A stretch of DNA of 54,788 nt from Planctomycetia bacterium (GTDB lineage Bacteria; Planctomycetota; Planctomycetia; Pirellulales; PALSA-1355). The stretch is taken from NCBI GenBank assembly GCA_031400775.1, contig JANNQN010000293.1:1-54788 (forward strand), written 5' to 3'. Made by a program: the position numbers and the translations under genes. This document shows, piece by piece, positions 47,071 through 54,788 of the stretch (its first letter is position 1; each line of letters starts with the position of its first letter). Under the pieces are notes generated by a model. That model searched no databases. It saw nothing but the letters and a program-made list of their open reading frames with translations, and had not been told where the DNA came from.

Positions 47071-48273
47071 ATGCCCCGGCCGAACTGTTTAGCACGACTG
47101 GGCCTCGTCGTCGGCTCGTTGGCGATTTGCCTGTCGCCCGCCACGGCCCGCGCCGTTGTCATCTCGGCGGCCTCCGACGCGGCGAATCTCATTGCGCCGG
47201 GGAACGATCCGGGCTGGAACAACGTGGGGCGGCAGTCCGGAGCGTCGGCCGTCTACCTGGGCAATCGTTGGGTGCTCACGGCCAATCACGTCGCTCAAAC
47301 GGCGTTTCACTTGACCGATGGCCGGTCGTTCGACATGTCGGTCGGTTCGGCCGTGACGCTCAAGCCGCCGAGCGACCGCTTCTCCAGCAAGGCCGTGGAC
47401 CTGCGGATGTTCCGCCTGGCCGAGGATCCCGGACTGCCGTCGTTGACGATCGCCGACGCGACGCCAACCGGCGGTGAAATCGTGACCATGATCGGGCGGG
47501 GCCTGGATCAAGCGCCGGGCTACATCGGCTGGAGCGTCAACGCGCGAAATCAATGGACGCAAACGATCCTTCCCTTCGCAAATCAGACGGGCTTCGCGCT
47601 CGGGGAGACGCAGCACATGCGTTGGGGCGTCAATCGGGTGGCGGGCAATGGGTCGACGCTCTTGCAGTCGAGCAATACGTTTGTCTTTTCCACCCAGTTT
47701 GATCGCCAGGGCATGCCGTTCGAAGCCCAGGCCGTGCTCGGCGACTCCGGTGGCGGCGTGTTTCAGTCGATCGACGATAGTTGGGAGTTGGCCGGCCTCA
47801 TGATCAGCCAGCAGACGCTTCCCGGTCAGCCGAACCGATCGGCGGTTTACGGCAACACCACGTTTATCGCCGACTTGTCGAAATACCGCGATCAGATCTT
47901 GAAGCTCGTCAACCATGCCGAGCCGCTATGGCAGAACCAGGTAAACCAATTCGACGTGGATGGTTCAGGGAGCGTTAACGCGCATGACTTACTGCTGTTG
48001 ATGAGCGAACTGCGGCAAGGAAACTTTGCCGGGAAGGACCTGCTCGGATCGCCCGGGCTGGGCGACTTCGGATTCGACGTCGACGGCGACCTGCGCCTCA
48101 CAGCGCAGGACGGCACCCGCTTACTCAACGCACTGCTGAACAACACGGCCAACCCGGCCTCCTCGCAATCGGCCACCGGTCTTGTGCCCGAGCCGTCCAG
48201 CGCCGTGCTAGCCGCGGTGGGATTGTTGGCGTTGGCTTGGACTCGCTTCCGCAAACGATTTACGGGGCGGTAG
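47071..48273 (+). CDS. Secreted trypsin-like serine protease with dockerin repeat and PEP-CTERM sorting signal
   Basis: LTANHV, VDL, GDSGG; DVDGSG.VN..D and DVDGD....D; VPEPSS, TM helix and basic tail. Confidence 0.9.
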   Translation: MPRPNCLARLGLVVGSLAICLSPATARAVVISAASDAANLIAPGNDPGWNNVGRQSGASAVYLGNRWVLTANHVAQTAFHLTDGRSFDMSVGSAVTLKPPSDRFSSKAVDLRMFRLAEDPGLPSLTIADATPTGGEIVTMIGRGLDQAPGYIGWSVNARNQWTQTILPFANQTGFALGETQHMRWGVNRVAGNGSTLLQSSNTFVFSTQFDRQGMPFEAQAVLGDSGGGVFQSIDDSWELAGLMISQQTLPGQPNRSAVYGNTTFIADLSKYRDQILKLVNHAEPLWQNQVNQFDVDGSGSVNAHDLLLLMSELRQGNFAGKDLLGSPGLGDFGFDVDGDLRLTAQDGTRLLNALLNNTANPASSQSATGLVPEPSSAVLAAVGLLALAWTRFRKRFTGR

Positions 48274-48300
48274 GTTGGAGGCCGGAGGCTGGAGGTCGGA
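48270..48300. repeat. GGAGGCT-type heptamer array (second copy in the window)
   Basis: gtaggtt ggaggcc ggaggct ggaggtc gga between convergent genes. Confidence 0.65.
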
Positions 48301-48324
48301 AAGCACGACATCCCGTCGCTCTCA

Positions 48325-49221
48325 TTACTGTCCCCCGGCGCCGACAGTTGCTTTCACCTTCGAATGGCTGGCCAGGAACGCCTGCAAGTCGTCGATGAAT
48401 GCCGAGGCCCGGAAGCACGTCATGTGGTCCGTGTCCTTGATGACCTCGACGGTCAGGTTGGCCATCACTTTTTGCATCGCGTCGACGCCCACTTTCAACG
48501 GGTCCTGATCGCCGATCAAGCATAGCGTGGGCACCTTGTTGGCGCGCAACTGGGCTTCGGTCACGGCCAGGCCCTTCATGCCGCGAATGCAGGCGGCCAG
48601 CGCCTTGGAGTCGTTGGTCAGCATCAGCATCTGGTTGATGGCGCTGATTTGCTCCTCGGTCGGCTTGGGGCGATCCGCCGGCGTCAGATGCACGATCAAA
48701 GGCCCGATTCCCTTGCCGGCATCCAGCGATTCGGCCAGGTCGGTCAAGAAGTCCAAGCGGGTGTCTTCCGGTTGCGACCAGCCGGCGCCGCCCAGGGTCG
48801 CCGTGATCACGCGGTCCGGATGCGCGGTCAACAAGTAGCTGGTCATGAATCCGCCCATCGAATAGCCGACGACATGAGCCTTCTTGATCTGCAAGTGATC
48901 GAGCAATCGGATCACGTCGGCCACCATCTCCACGCCGTATTGCTTGGGTTCGTGCGGCTTGCCGCTGCGGCCGTGCCCGCGATTGTCCAAAGCGATGACC
49001 TGATAGTTCGCACTCAGCTTCGACAGAATTCCGGGCATACCCCATTGCACGGGAATGCTGCCGGTGAAGCCGTGGATCAGCACGACCGGATCACCCTGGC
49101 CTTCAATGACGTAATGAATCTTGACGCCATTGGAGTCGAAGAATTTGTCTTCAGCGGCGGCGGCAGCGGCTGAAACAAAAAGTGCGCACAGCACGACGGC
49201 GGCAGTGAGACGGCGAATCAT
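48325..49221 (-). CDS. Secreted alpha/beta hydrolase
   Basis: Signal peptide; LIHG, DNRGHG.S, GYSMG nucleophile elbow, G.QD, DH. Confidence 0.92.
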   Translation of the reverse strand: MIRRLTAAVVLCALFVSAAAAAAEDKFFDSNGVKIHYVIEGQGDPVVLIHGFTGSIPVQWGMPGILSKLSANYQVIALDNRGHGRSGKPHEPKQYGVEMVADVIRLLDHLQIKKAHVVGYSMGGFMTSYLLTAHPDRVITATLGGAGWSQPEDTRLDFLTDLAESLDAGKGIGPLIVHLTPADRPKPTEEQISAINQMLMLTNDSKALAACIRGMKGLAVTEAQLRANKVPTLCLIGDQDPLKVGVDAMQKVMANLTVEVIKDTDHMTCFRASAFIDDLQAFLASHSKVKATVGAGGQ

Positions 49222-49362
49222 TCTGGCGGTTCCTGTATTGGTCGATGGGATGCGAGTTGGACGGTAAGGGCACCTGGACGCCTATAAGTTTGCGCGGAAC
49301 AAACAGCGGCTACAAGGGTGCCTATGAAGATTTTCGCAGATCGAATGATGGTCTCCGGCTTT

Positions 49363-49443
49363 GAACCGCTAATGGACGCGAATAAGCGCGAATGCATGCA
49401 CCTGATTTCCTGATTAGCGTTCATTAGCGTCCATTAGCGGTTC
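49363..49443. repeat. Palindromic repeat unit 1 flanking the GxxExxY gene
   Basis: Perfect 17-bp inverted repeat gaaccgctaatggacgc / gcgtccattagcggttc built on 10-nt subunits; contains the stop codon of the gene. Confidence 0.9.
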
Positions 49444-49835
49444 CTCTTCGTATTGGCATAGCGCTTCCATTCAAGTTGAGGCGTTCCAAAATTGACGATC
49501 AGCCCGAGCGGAAGATTCGTTGCCTTCAGGTAGTTGAGGATTTGTGACTCTTCGATACCCGTGATCGCCTTGATGGCCTTGATCTCGACCACAATCTGAT
49601 CGTGGCACAAGAAGTCGGCGATGTATTCCTTGTTCAACGCCCTTCCTTTGTAGGAAATCACGATCCGCTTCTGCGGGACGTGGGGAATCCGTCGCTCATC
49701 AAGTTCGATCCCCAATGCTTCTTGATAGACCGCCTCCAGAAAACCGCACCCCATTTGGTTGGACACCTCCATCGCCGCGCCCACGATTTGATAGACCTCG
49801 TCCTTCAAAATCAATTCGCGTTCATTTGCGTCCAT
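49434..49835 (-). CDS. GxxExxY protein (PD-(D/E)xK superfamily)
   Basis: GCGFLEAVY, ADF...D.IVVEIKA, QILNYLKAT...GL..NFG. Confidence 0.95.
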   Translation of the reverse strand: MDANERELILKDEVYQIVGAAMEVSNQMGCGFLEAVYQEALGIELDERRIPHVPQKRIVISYKGRALNKEYIADFLCHDQIVVEIKAIKAITGIEESQILNYLKATNLPLGLIVNFGTPQLEWKRYANTKRNR

Positions 49836-49947
49836 TAGCGGTTATTACCTCCTACATTCACGTCAACTAATCGTCATCGTGTCGAGAATGGCGTCGGGCG
49901 ACTCTGGAAAATCAAGATGCGGCGCCATGAGTTACCTGTGAGGATGT

Positions 49948-50025
49948 GAACCGCGAATGGACGCGAATAAACGCGAATGGATGCTCCTGATTTCCTAATT
50001 CGCGTTCATTCGTGTGCATTCGCGG
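49948..50025. repeat. Palindromic repeat unit 2 flanking the GxxExxY gene (direct repeat of unit 1)
   Basis: gaaccgcgaatggacgcgaataaacgcgaat...cctgatttcct...attcgcgttcattcgtgtgcattcgcgg; a half-unit at 49814-49843 contains the start codon. Confidence 0.9.
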
Positions 50026-50032
50026 ATCACTT

Positions 50033-51325
50033 CTACCGGCTCGCGGCAAACACCAGTCCAGCATCCAGGGCAGCTATCAGCTCGTCGACCTGGGCGGTCG
50101 TGGCGTTGAGCGGCAGGCCGGTGCGGATGACGTTGGCATACAGCCCGCCCTTGCCGATCAGCACGCCCCGACGGCGCGTCTCTTCGAAAACATCCAGCAC
50201 AGCCTGCGGCGCGGGCTCCTTGGTCTTGCGGTCCGTGACCAGTTCCAAAGCTTGCATCAACCCCATGCCGCGCACGTCGCCCACCAACGCATGCTTGTCC
50301 TTCAATGTGTTCAGCTTGCCGCGCAGGTAGTCGCCCACCACGCGGGCATTGGTCTTGAGATCGTCCTGGTCGATCACGGTCAAGGTCGCCAGGGCCGCGG
50401 CCATCGAGACCGGATTGCCGCCGAACGTGGCGAACGTGATGCCTGGATATTTGTCGGCCACTTCGGGCGTGGCGATGGTGACCGCGACCGGAGCGCCGTT
50501 GCCCATGCCCTTGGCGCTGACCAGCAGATCGGGCTCGACGTTCCAATGTTCGATGCCGAACCAACGATCGCCCGTTCGGCCCCAGGCAGTTTGCACTTCG
50601 TCGGCGATGAACAGCCCGCCGTACTTGCGGGCGATTGCGGTGGCGCGTTCGAAATATCCCGGCGGCGGAACGATGAACCCGCCGGAGCCGATAATCGTCT
50701 CGGCCATGAAGGCGGCGATCTCGCCCGTGGTGCAGGTGCGAATCAACTCTTCGATGTCGTCGGCACAAGCCAGCTCGCACTGCGGATACTCGAGCTTGAA
50801 CGGGCAGCGATAACAGTATGGAGCATGGGCATGGACGAATCCGGGCACCTGCGCGGGCAGTCGCTTCCAGGGGGCCTGGCCCGAGGCGGCCAGCGTTTGC
50901 GCCGCGCGGCCCGAATAGCTGTGCCGCAGCGTGACGATCTCGAATCGCCCGGTGGCATGCCGGGCCGCGTTCAAGGCGGTTTCGTTGGCTTCCGTTCCGC
51001 TGCTGGTGAAAAAGCTCTTGGTCAATTTGCCCGGCGCGATCTGGGCCATGCGCTCGGCCAGATCCGATTGCGGGCCATTGGCATATAGGGTCGAGACGTG
51101 CGACAGCGTTTTGACTTGCTCGACGATGGCCGCCACGACCTTGGGATTGGCGTGGCCGACGCTGATCGTCAGCACCCCGCCGAACGCGTCCAGATAGCGA
51201 TTGCCGGCGTCGTCCCAGACATACGATCCTTCGCCGCGGACCAGCGCCAATGGCTGCTGATAGTACATCGCCACGGCCGGAAACAGATAGTCTTTGTGCT
51301 TTTGCACGATCTTGGAACTTGCCAT
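50033..51325 (-). CDS. Class III PLP-dependent aminotransferase (alanine-glyoxylate/GABA aminotransferase-like)
   Basis: ATG at 51325 (MASSK); GEG..VWD..G.RYLD, SGTEANE, IADEVQT.WGRTG, AKGMGNG, TFGGNP. Confidence 0.93.
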   Translation of the reverse strand: MASSKIVQKHKDYLFPAVAMYYQQPLALVRGEGSYVWDDAGNRYLDAFGGVLTISVGHANPKVVAAIVEQVKTLSHVSTLYANGPQSDLAERMAQIAPGKLTKSFFTSSGTEANETALNAARHATGRFEIVTLRHSYSGRAAQTLAASGQAPWKRLPAQVPGFVHAHAPYCYRCPFKLEYPQCELACADDIEELIRTCTTGEIAAFMAETIIGSGGFIVPPPGYFERATAIARKYGGLFIADEVQTAWGRTGDRWFGIEHWNVEPDLLVSAKGMGNGAPVAVTIATPEVADKYPGITFATFGGNPVSMAAALATLTVIDQDDLKTNARVVGDYLRGKLNTLKDKHALVGDVRGMGLMQALELVTDRKTKEPAPQAVLDVFEETRRRGVLIGKGGLYANVIRTGLPLNATTAQVDELIAALDAGLVFAASR

Positions 51326-51517
51326 GTCGATCACCGTTGAAAAATCGTGGAGGACACCCTGGGAGATTGCCAGCGGCTTTCTTAGGTAGTTTAGCAGCCC
51401 CTCGATTTGATCGACAGGCTGTTGGGCCAGCCGCGCGACTTGGCAGTGTTTCCGCGGCCCGCTAAACTGCGCGACCGCGATTGTTATTCGCCGAGTTACC
51501 GTGCATGGAGCCGTTCG

Positions 51518-52363
51518 ATGCTGCATTTGGCCGCACAAGTGGAAGAAGCCGCCGCCGCGATTCGTGACCAGTGGAAACGGCGGCCGAGCGCGGGAATCAT
51601 CCTGGGCACGGGCATTGGTCCGCTGGTCGAAGAGATCGAGACCGAAGCTTCGATCGACTACGAACAGATTCCCCACTTTCTGCGGGCCACGGCGACGGGG
51701 CATCGCGGACGGCTGGTGTGCGGTCTGCTGGCCGGCGTGCCGGTGATGGCGATGGAAGGCCGATTTCATGCCTACGAAGGATACAGCCTCGGGCAGATCA
51801 CGTTGCCGGTGCGCGTGATGCGCACGCTGGGTGCCGAACTGCTGATCGTTACGAATGCTTGCGGCGGCATGAACCCGAACTACGCCTCGGGCGATATCAT
51901 GCTCATCGACGATCACATCAACCTGATCGGTAGCAGTCCGCTGGTCGGCATCAACGACGACGCGCTGGGCCCGCGGTTTCCGGATATGGCGCGTCCCTAC
52001 GATCCGGCGCTGGTGGACAAGGCGTTGGAGATCGCCCGCCGCGCGGATTTCGCCGCGCACAAGGGAGTGTTCGTGGCCGTGCTGGGACCGAACCTGGAGA
52101 CCCGAGCCGAGTATCGTTTCTTGCGCTCGATCGGGGCTGATGCGGTTGGAATGTCGACCGTTCCGGAGGTGATCACGGCGATGCACTGCGGTTTGCGCGT
52201 GCTGGGTTGCTCGATCGTGACCGATCTGTGTCTGCCCGACGCGCTTGAGCCGGTCGACATCGCCAAGATCATCGCCGTGGCCAATGCCGCCGAGCCCAAG
52301 GTGCGCAAGATCATTCTGGGCGTGTTGGCCCACGCGTTCCCGCGCGGAGCGAGCCCCGCATGA
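51518..52363 (+). CDS. punA: Purine-nucleoside phosphorylase (trimeric type), copy 1
   Basis: ILGTG, GRFHAYEG, TNACGG, DHIN, GP.LET.AE, VGMSTVPE, VTD. Confidence 0.93.
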   Translation: MLHLAAQVEEAAAAIRDQWKRRPSAGIILGTGIGPLVEEIETEASIDYEQIPHFLRATATGHRGRLVCGLLAGVPVMAMEGRFHAYEGYSLGQITLPVRVMRTLGAELLIVTNACGGMNPNYASGDIMLIDDHINLIGSSPLVGINDDALGPRFPDMARPYDPALVDKALEIARRADFAAHKGVFVAVLGPNLETRAEYRFLRSIGADAVGMSTVPEVITAMHCGLRVLGCSIVTDLCLPDALEPVDIAKIIAVANAAEPKVRKIILGVLAHAFPRGASPA

Positions 52364-53193
52364 TCGTCGGCCGAGAACACGTGGAAGCCGCCGCCAATGC
52401 GATTCGCAAGCAGTGGAGTGGCCGGCCGCTCTCGGGCCTGATCCTGGGCACGGGGCTGGGCAACCTGGCCGCTACGGTCGAGGTGGAAACGTGCATCGAC
52501 TTCGAATCGATACCCCACTTTCCCCGCGCTACGGCGCTCTCGCATCGCGGCCGCTGGATCTCTGGCAAGCTCGCCGGTGTGCCGGTCGTGGTGATGGACG
52601 GCCGGCTGCACGGCTACGAAGGCTACTCGGCCGCGCAAATCGCTTTTCCGGTGCGGGTCATGAGCGAGCTGGGCGCTAAGCTATTGATCGTTTCGAATGC
52701 CTGCGGCGGCATGAACCCGAACTTTCGCGCGGGCGACGTGATGGTCGTCGAAGACCATATCAACTTGACTGGCGACAACCCATTGGTCGGACCGCACGAT
52801 CTCAACCCTGGGCTCGGTTATCCCGACATGAGCGGTCCCTACGACCCGCGACTGATCGATTGCGCATTGTCGATCGCGCGGCGCGAGGGTATCGTCGCCC
52901 ATCGCGGAGTGTATGTAGGTGTCCAAGGTCCCAGTTACGAAACGCGGGCCGAGTACCGCTTCTTGCGCCGCATCGGCGGCGACGCGGTGGGAATGTCGAC
53001 CGTGCCCGAGGTGATCGTGGCCGCGCAGTGCGGATTGCGGGTGTTGGCCCTTTCGGTCGTGACCAATGTCTGCTCGCCCGACCGATTGCTCTCGACCGAT
53101 GGCAACCGAGTAGTGGCCGTGGCCCAGAGCGCCGAGCCGCTGGTACGGGCGATCGTGGCGGGAGTCATCGCCAGCGAGGCAGCGTCTCTTTAA
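52360..53193 (+). CDS. punA: Purine-nucleoside phosphorylase (trimeric type), copy 2
   Basis: ILGTGLG, GRLHGYEG, SNACGG, GPSYET.AE, VGMSTVPE, VTN; ATGA overlap with copy 1. Confidence 0.93.
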   Translation: MIVGREHVEAAANAIRKQWSGRPLSGLILGTGLGNLAATVEVETCIDFESIPHFPRATALSHRGRWISGKLAGVPVVVMDGRLHGYEGYSAAQIAFPVRVMSELGAKLLIVSNACGGMNPNFRAGDVMVVEDHINLTGDNPLVGPHDLNPGLGYPDMSGPYDPRLIDCALSIARREGIVAHRGVYVGVQGPSYETRAEYRFLRRIGGDAVGMSTVPEVIVAAQCGLRVLALSVVTNVCSPDRLLSTDGNRVVAVAQSAEPLVRAIVAGVIASEAASL

Positions 53194-53229
53194 TCATGCC
53201 GTTCTTAAGATGAGCTGTAGCCGGTCGGC

Positions 53230-54462
53230 TCAGAGCAGCACGCCCGCCACGCAGGCCGTCATGAAGCAAGCCAGCGTTCCGCCCAGCATGGCCCGCAATC
53301 CGAGCCGCGCCAGGTCCTTTTGACGATCGGGGGCCACGCCGCCGATACCGCCGAGTTGCACTCCGATCGAGCCGAAGTTCGCGAAGCCGCACAATGCATA
53401 GGTGAGCAATACTTCGGTGCGAGGGCTGAGCTGGCCGGGCGTCTTCATCATGTCGGCCAGGCCCTTGAAGGCGATGAACTCGTTGCTGATCATGCGCAGT
53501 CCCAACAGCTCGCCGGCCTTGCGACAATCGGCCGCTTCGATGCCCATGATCCAAGCAAAGGGCGCGAACAGGATGCCGAGCAAATCCTCCAGCGTGGTCT
53601 CGAACCCAAGCATGCCCAGCGTCCAAGCGACGGCGAACTTGAGCATGGCGATCAAGGCCAGAAAGGCAATGATGATGCCGGCCACTTGCATCGCCAGCTT
53701 CAGGCCGTCCAAGGCGCCGGTGGCCGCGGCTTCGATGGCGTTGATCGTGCCGGTTTCCACTTCCACCACGACCCGTCCTCGCGTCTGCGGCTGCTCCACC
53801 TCGGGCTGCATGATCTTGGCGATCACGATCGAAGCCGGCGCGGCGATGACCGACGCGGTTACCAGGTGCCCGGCGTCGATCCCCATCTGCACGTAAGCGG
53901 CCAACACGCCGCCGGCCACGGTGGCAAAGCCGGCCATCATCACGGCCATCAGTTCCGACCGCGTCATCGAGTTCAAGTAGGGCCGCACCACCAGCGGCGC
54001 CTCGACCTGGCCCAGAAAAATATTGGCCGCGACCGACAGACTCTCGGCGCCCGACAGGTTGAGCGTCTTTTGCATCAGCCTGGCCGCCAGGCTCACGACG
54101 CGCTGCATGATATTGAAGTGATACAGCACCGATACGAGCGAGGAGAAAAACACGATGCTGGGCAGCACGCCGAAAGCAAAGCTGGTGAGCAATCGCCGGT
54201 CGACGCTGCCGTCGGCTTGCGGAATGCCGAACACGAACAGACTTCCTTCGTCGACGAAGCCCAACAGCGCCGTAAAGAGATTGCCGAGCCAGGCGAATAG
54301 ATCGTGGCCCGCCGCGGTGCCGAGTGTCAGAAACGCGAAAGCGAATTGCAGCGCGAGTCCCCCGGCGATCGTCCGCCAGGGGATCTGCCGCCGGTCCGCG
54401 CTCATCAGCCAGGCCAGCCCCATCATCGCCAGCAATCCCAGGCAGCTAATCAGCTTTTCCAT
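53230..54462 (-). CDS. nupC: CNT/NupC family nucleoside transporter
   Basis: ATG at 54462; FAF.VLP.I.FFS.L, ANIFLGQ.EAPL, GFATVAG, NEF.A, YALCGFANFGSIG. Confidence 0.94.
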   Translation of the reverse strand: MEKLISCLGLLAMMGLAWLMSADRRQIPWRTIAGGLALQFAFAFLTLGTAAGHDLFAWLGNLFTALLGFVDEGSLFVFGIPQADGSVDRRLLTSFAFGVLPSIVFFSSLVSVLYHFNIMQRVVSLAARLMQKTLNLSGAESLSVAANIFLGQVEAPLVVRPYLNSMTRSELMAVMMAGFATVAGGVLAAYVQMGIDAGHLVTASVIAAPASIVIAKIMQPEVEQPQTRGRVVVEVETGTINAIEAAATGALDGLKLAMQVAGIIIAFLALIAMLKFAVAWTLGMLGFETTLEDLLGILFAPFAWIMGIEAADCRKAGELLGLRMISNEFIAFKGLADMMKTPGQLSPRTEVLLTYALCGFANFGSIGVQLGGIGGVAPDRQKDLARLGLRAMLGGTLACFMTACVAGVLL

Positions 54463-54595
54463 CGCGCGAACGGATCGGTGCGTGTGCGGACGCCTGCGAC
54501 GCCGCGCCATGCTAGCAGCTGCCGTCTAGAAAGCGGAATAGCGGTACGCGGGGTGCCATGCACCGAACGCGCGGCTCCTCGGCGGCATGAGCCTG

Positions 54596-54787
54596 CTACT
54601 TCAAATCGTCGATCAACAGCTCCAGCAGCTCGTCGTCCAGACCCAGGGAGTCCGCCACGGCATCGAACTTCTGGAGCAATTTCCGCGTGCCCGGCGTATT
54701 CACGTCGTGCAAGTGCTGGAACAGTCTGGCCGGCTTCCCTGTATTCAGGTCGATGCTGTCCAGCCGATTCTTGATCCAGCCTGGAAC
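54596..54787 (-). CDS. 3' end of a CDS running off the window, probably a large secreted planctomycete protein
   Basis: Open frame VPGWIKNRLDSIDLNTG...SLGLDDELLELLIDDLK* with stop at 54596-54598. Confidence 0.65.
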   Translation of the reverse strand, partial: VPGWIKNRLDSIDLNTGKPARLFQHLHDVNTPGTRKLLQKFDAVADSLGLDDELLELLIDDLK

Positions 54788-54788
54788 C

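Noticed and set aside
49363-50025. CRISPR array
   Set aside because: Only two full units plus a half-unit, internal 10-nt periodicity, no regular unique spacers and no cas genes.
51326-52333. N-terminal extension making a 766-aa aminotransferase fusion
   Set aside because: The extension is antisense to PNP copy 1; the aminotransferase starts at the ATG at 51325.

Overview
High-GC planctomycete (Pirellulales-like) chromosomal segment. The assignment rests on a PSD1/DUF1549/DUF1553 cytochrome c gene next to DUF1501, DUF1080, a PEP-CTERM/dockerin protease, H4MPT-pathway fwd/fhc genes and giant signal peptidases. Most of the window is housekeeping or metabolic: thiSG, dinG, fwdB-fwdA/mobA/fwdC, ROK-lepA-lepB x3-lptB, two purine nucleoside phosphorylases and nupC. 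The standout is an accessory block at about 10.1-19.4 kb with two divergently oriented toxin-immunity loci flanking an ada-alkA/ogt operon. The two toxins share an unrecognised 90-aa N-terminal domain (51/90 identical, ungapped, counted by hand) but carry different C-terminal nucleases: one CdiA-CT EC869-like DNase and one AHH/HNH. Each is followed by its cognate-type immunity gene plus an extra immunity gene. Both loci are preceded by a homologous ~200-nt non-coding leader made of an extended -10 promoter, hairpins and a long intrinsic terminator ahead of the first start codon. This looks like a possibly undescribed polymorphic toxin family with its own attenuator-type RNA control. Other items: a GxxExxY gene flanked by ~80-nt self-complementary direct repeats, a missed 45-aa basic zinc-ribbon ORF, a probable IS end at the left edge and a partial CDS at the right edge. 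All family assignments come from motif recognition by eye; no database searches were run.
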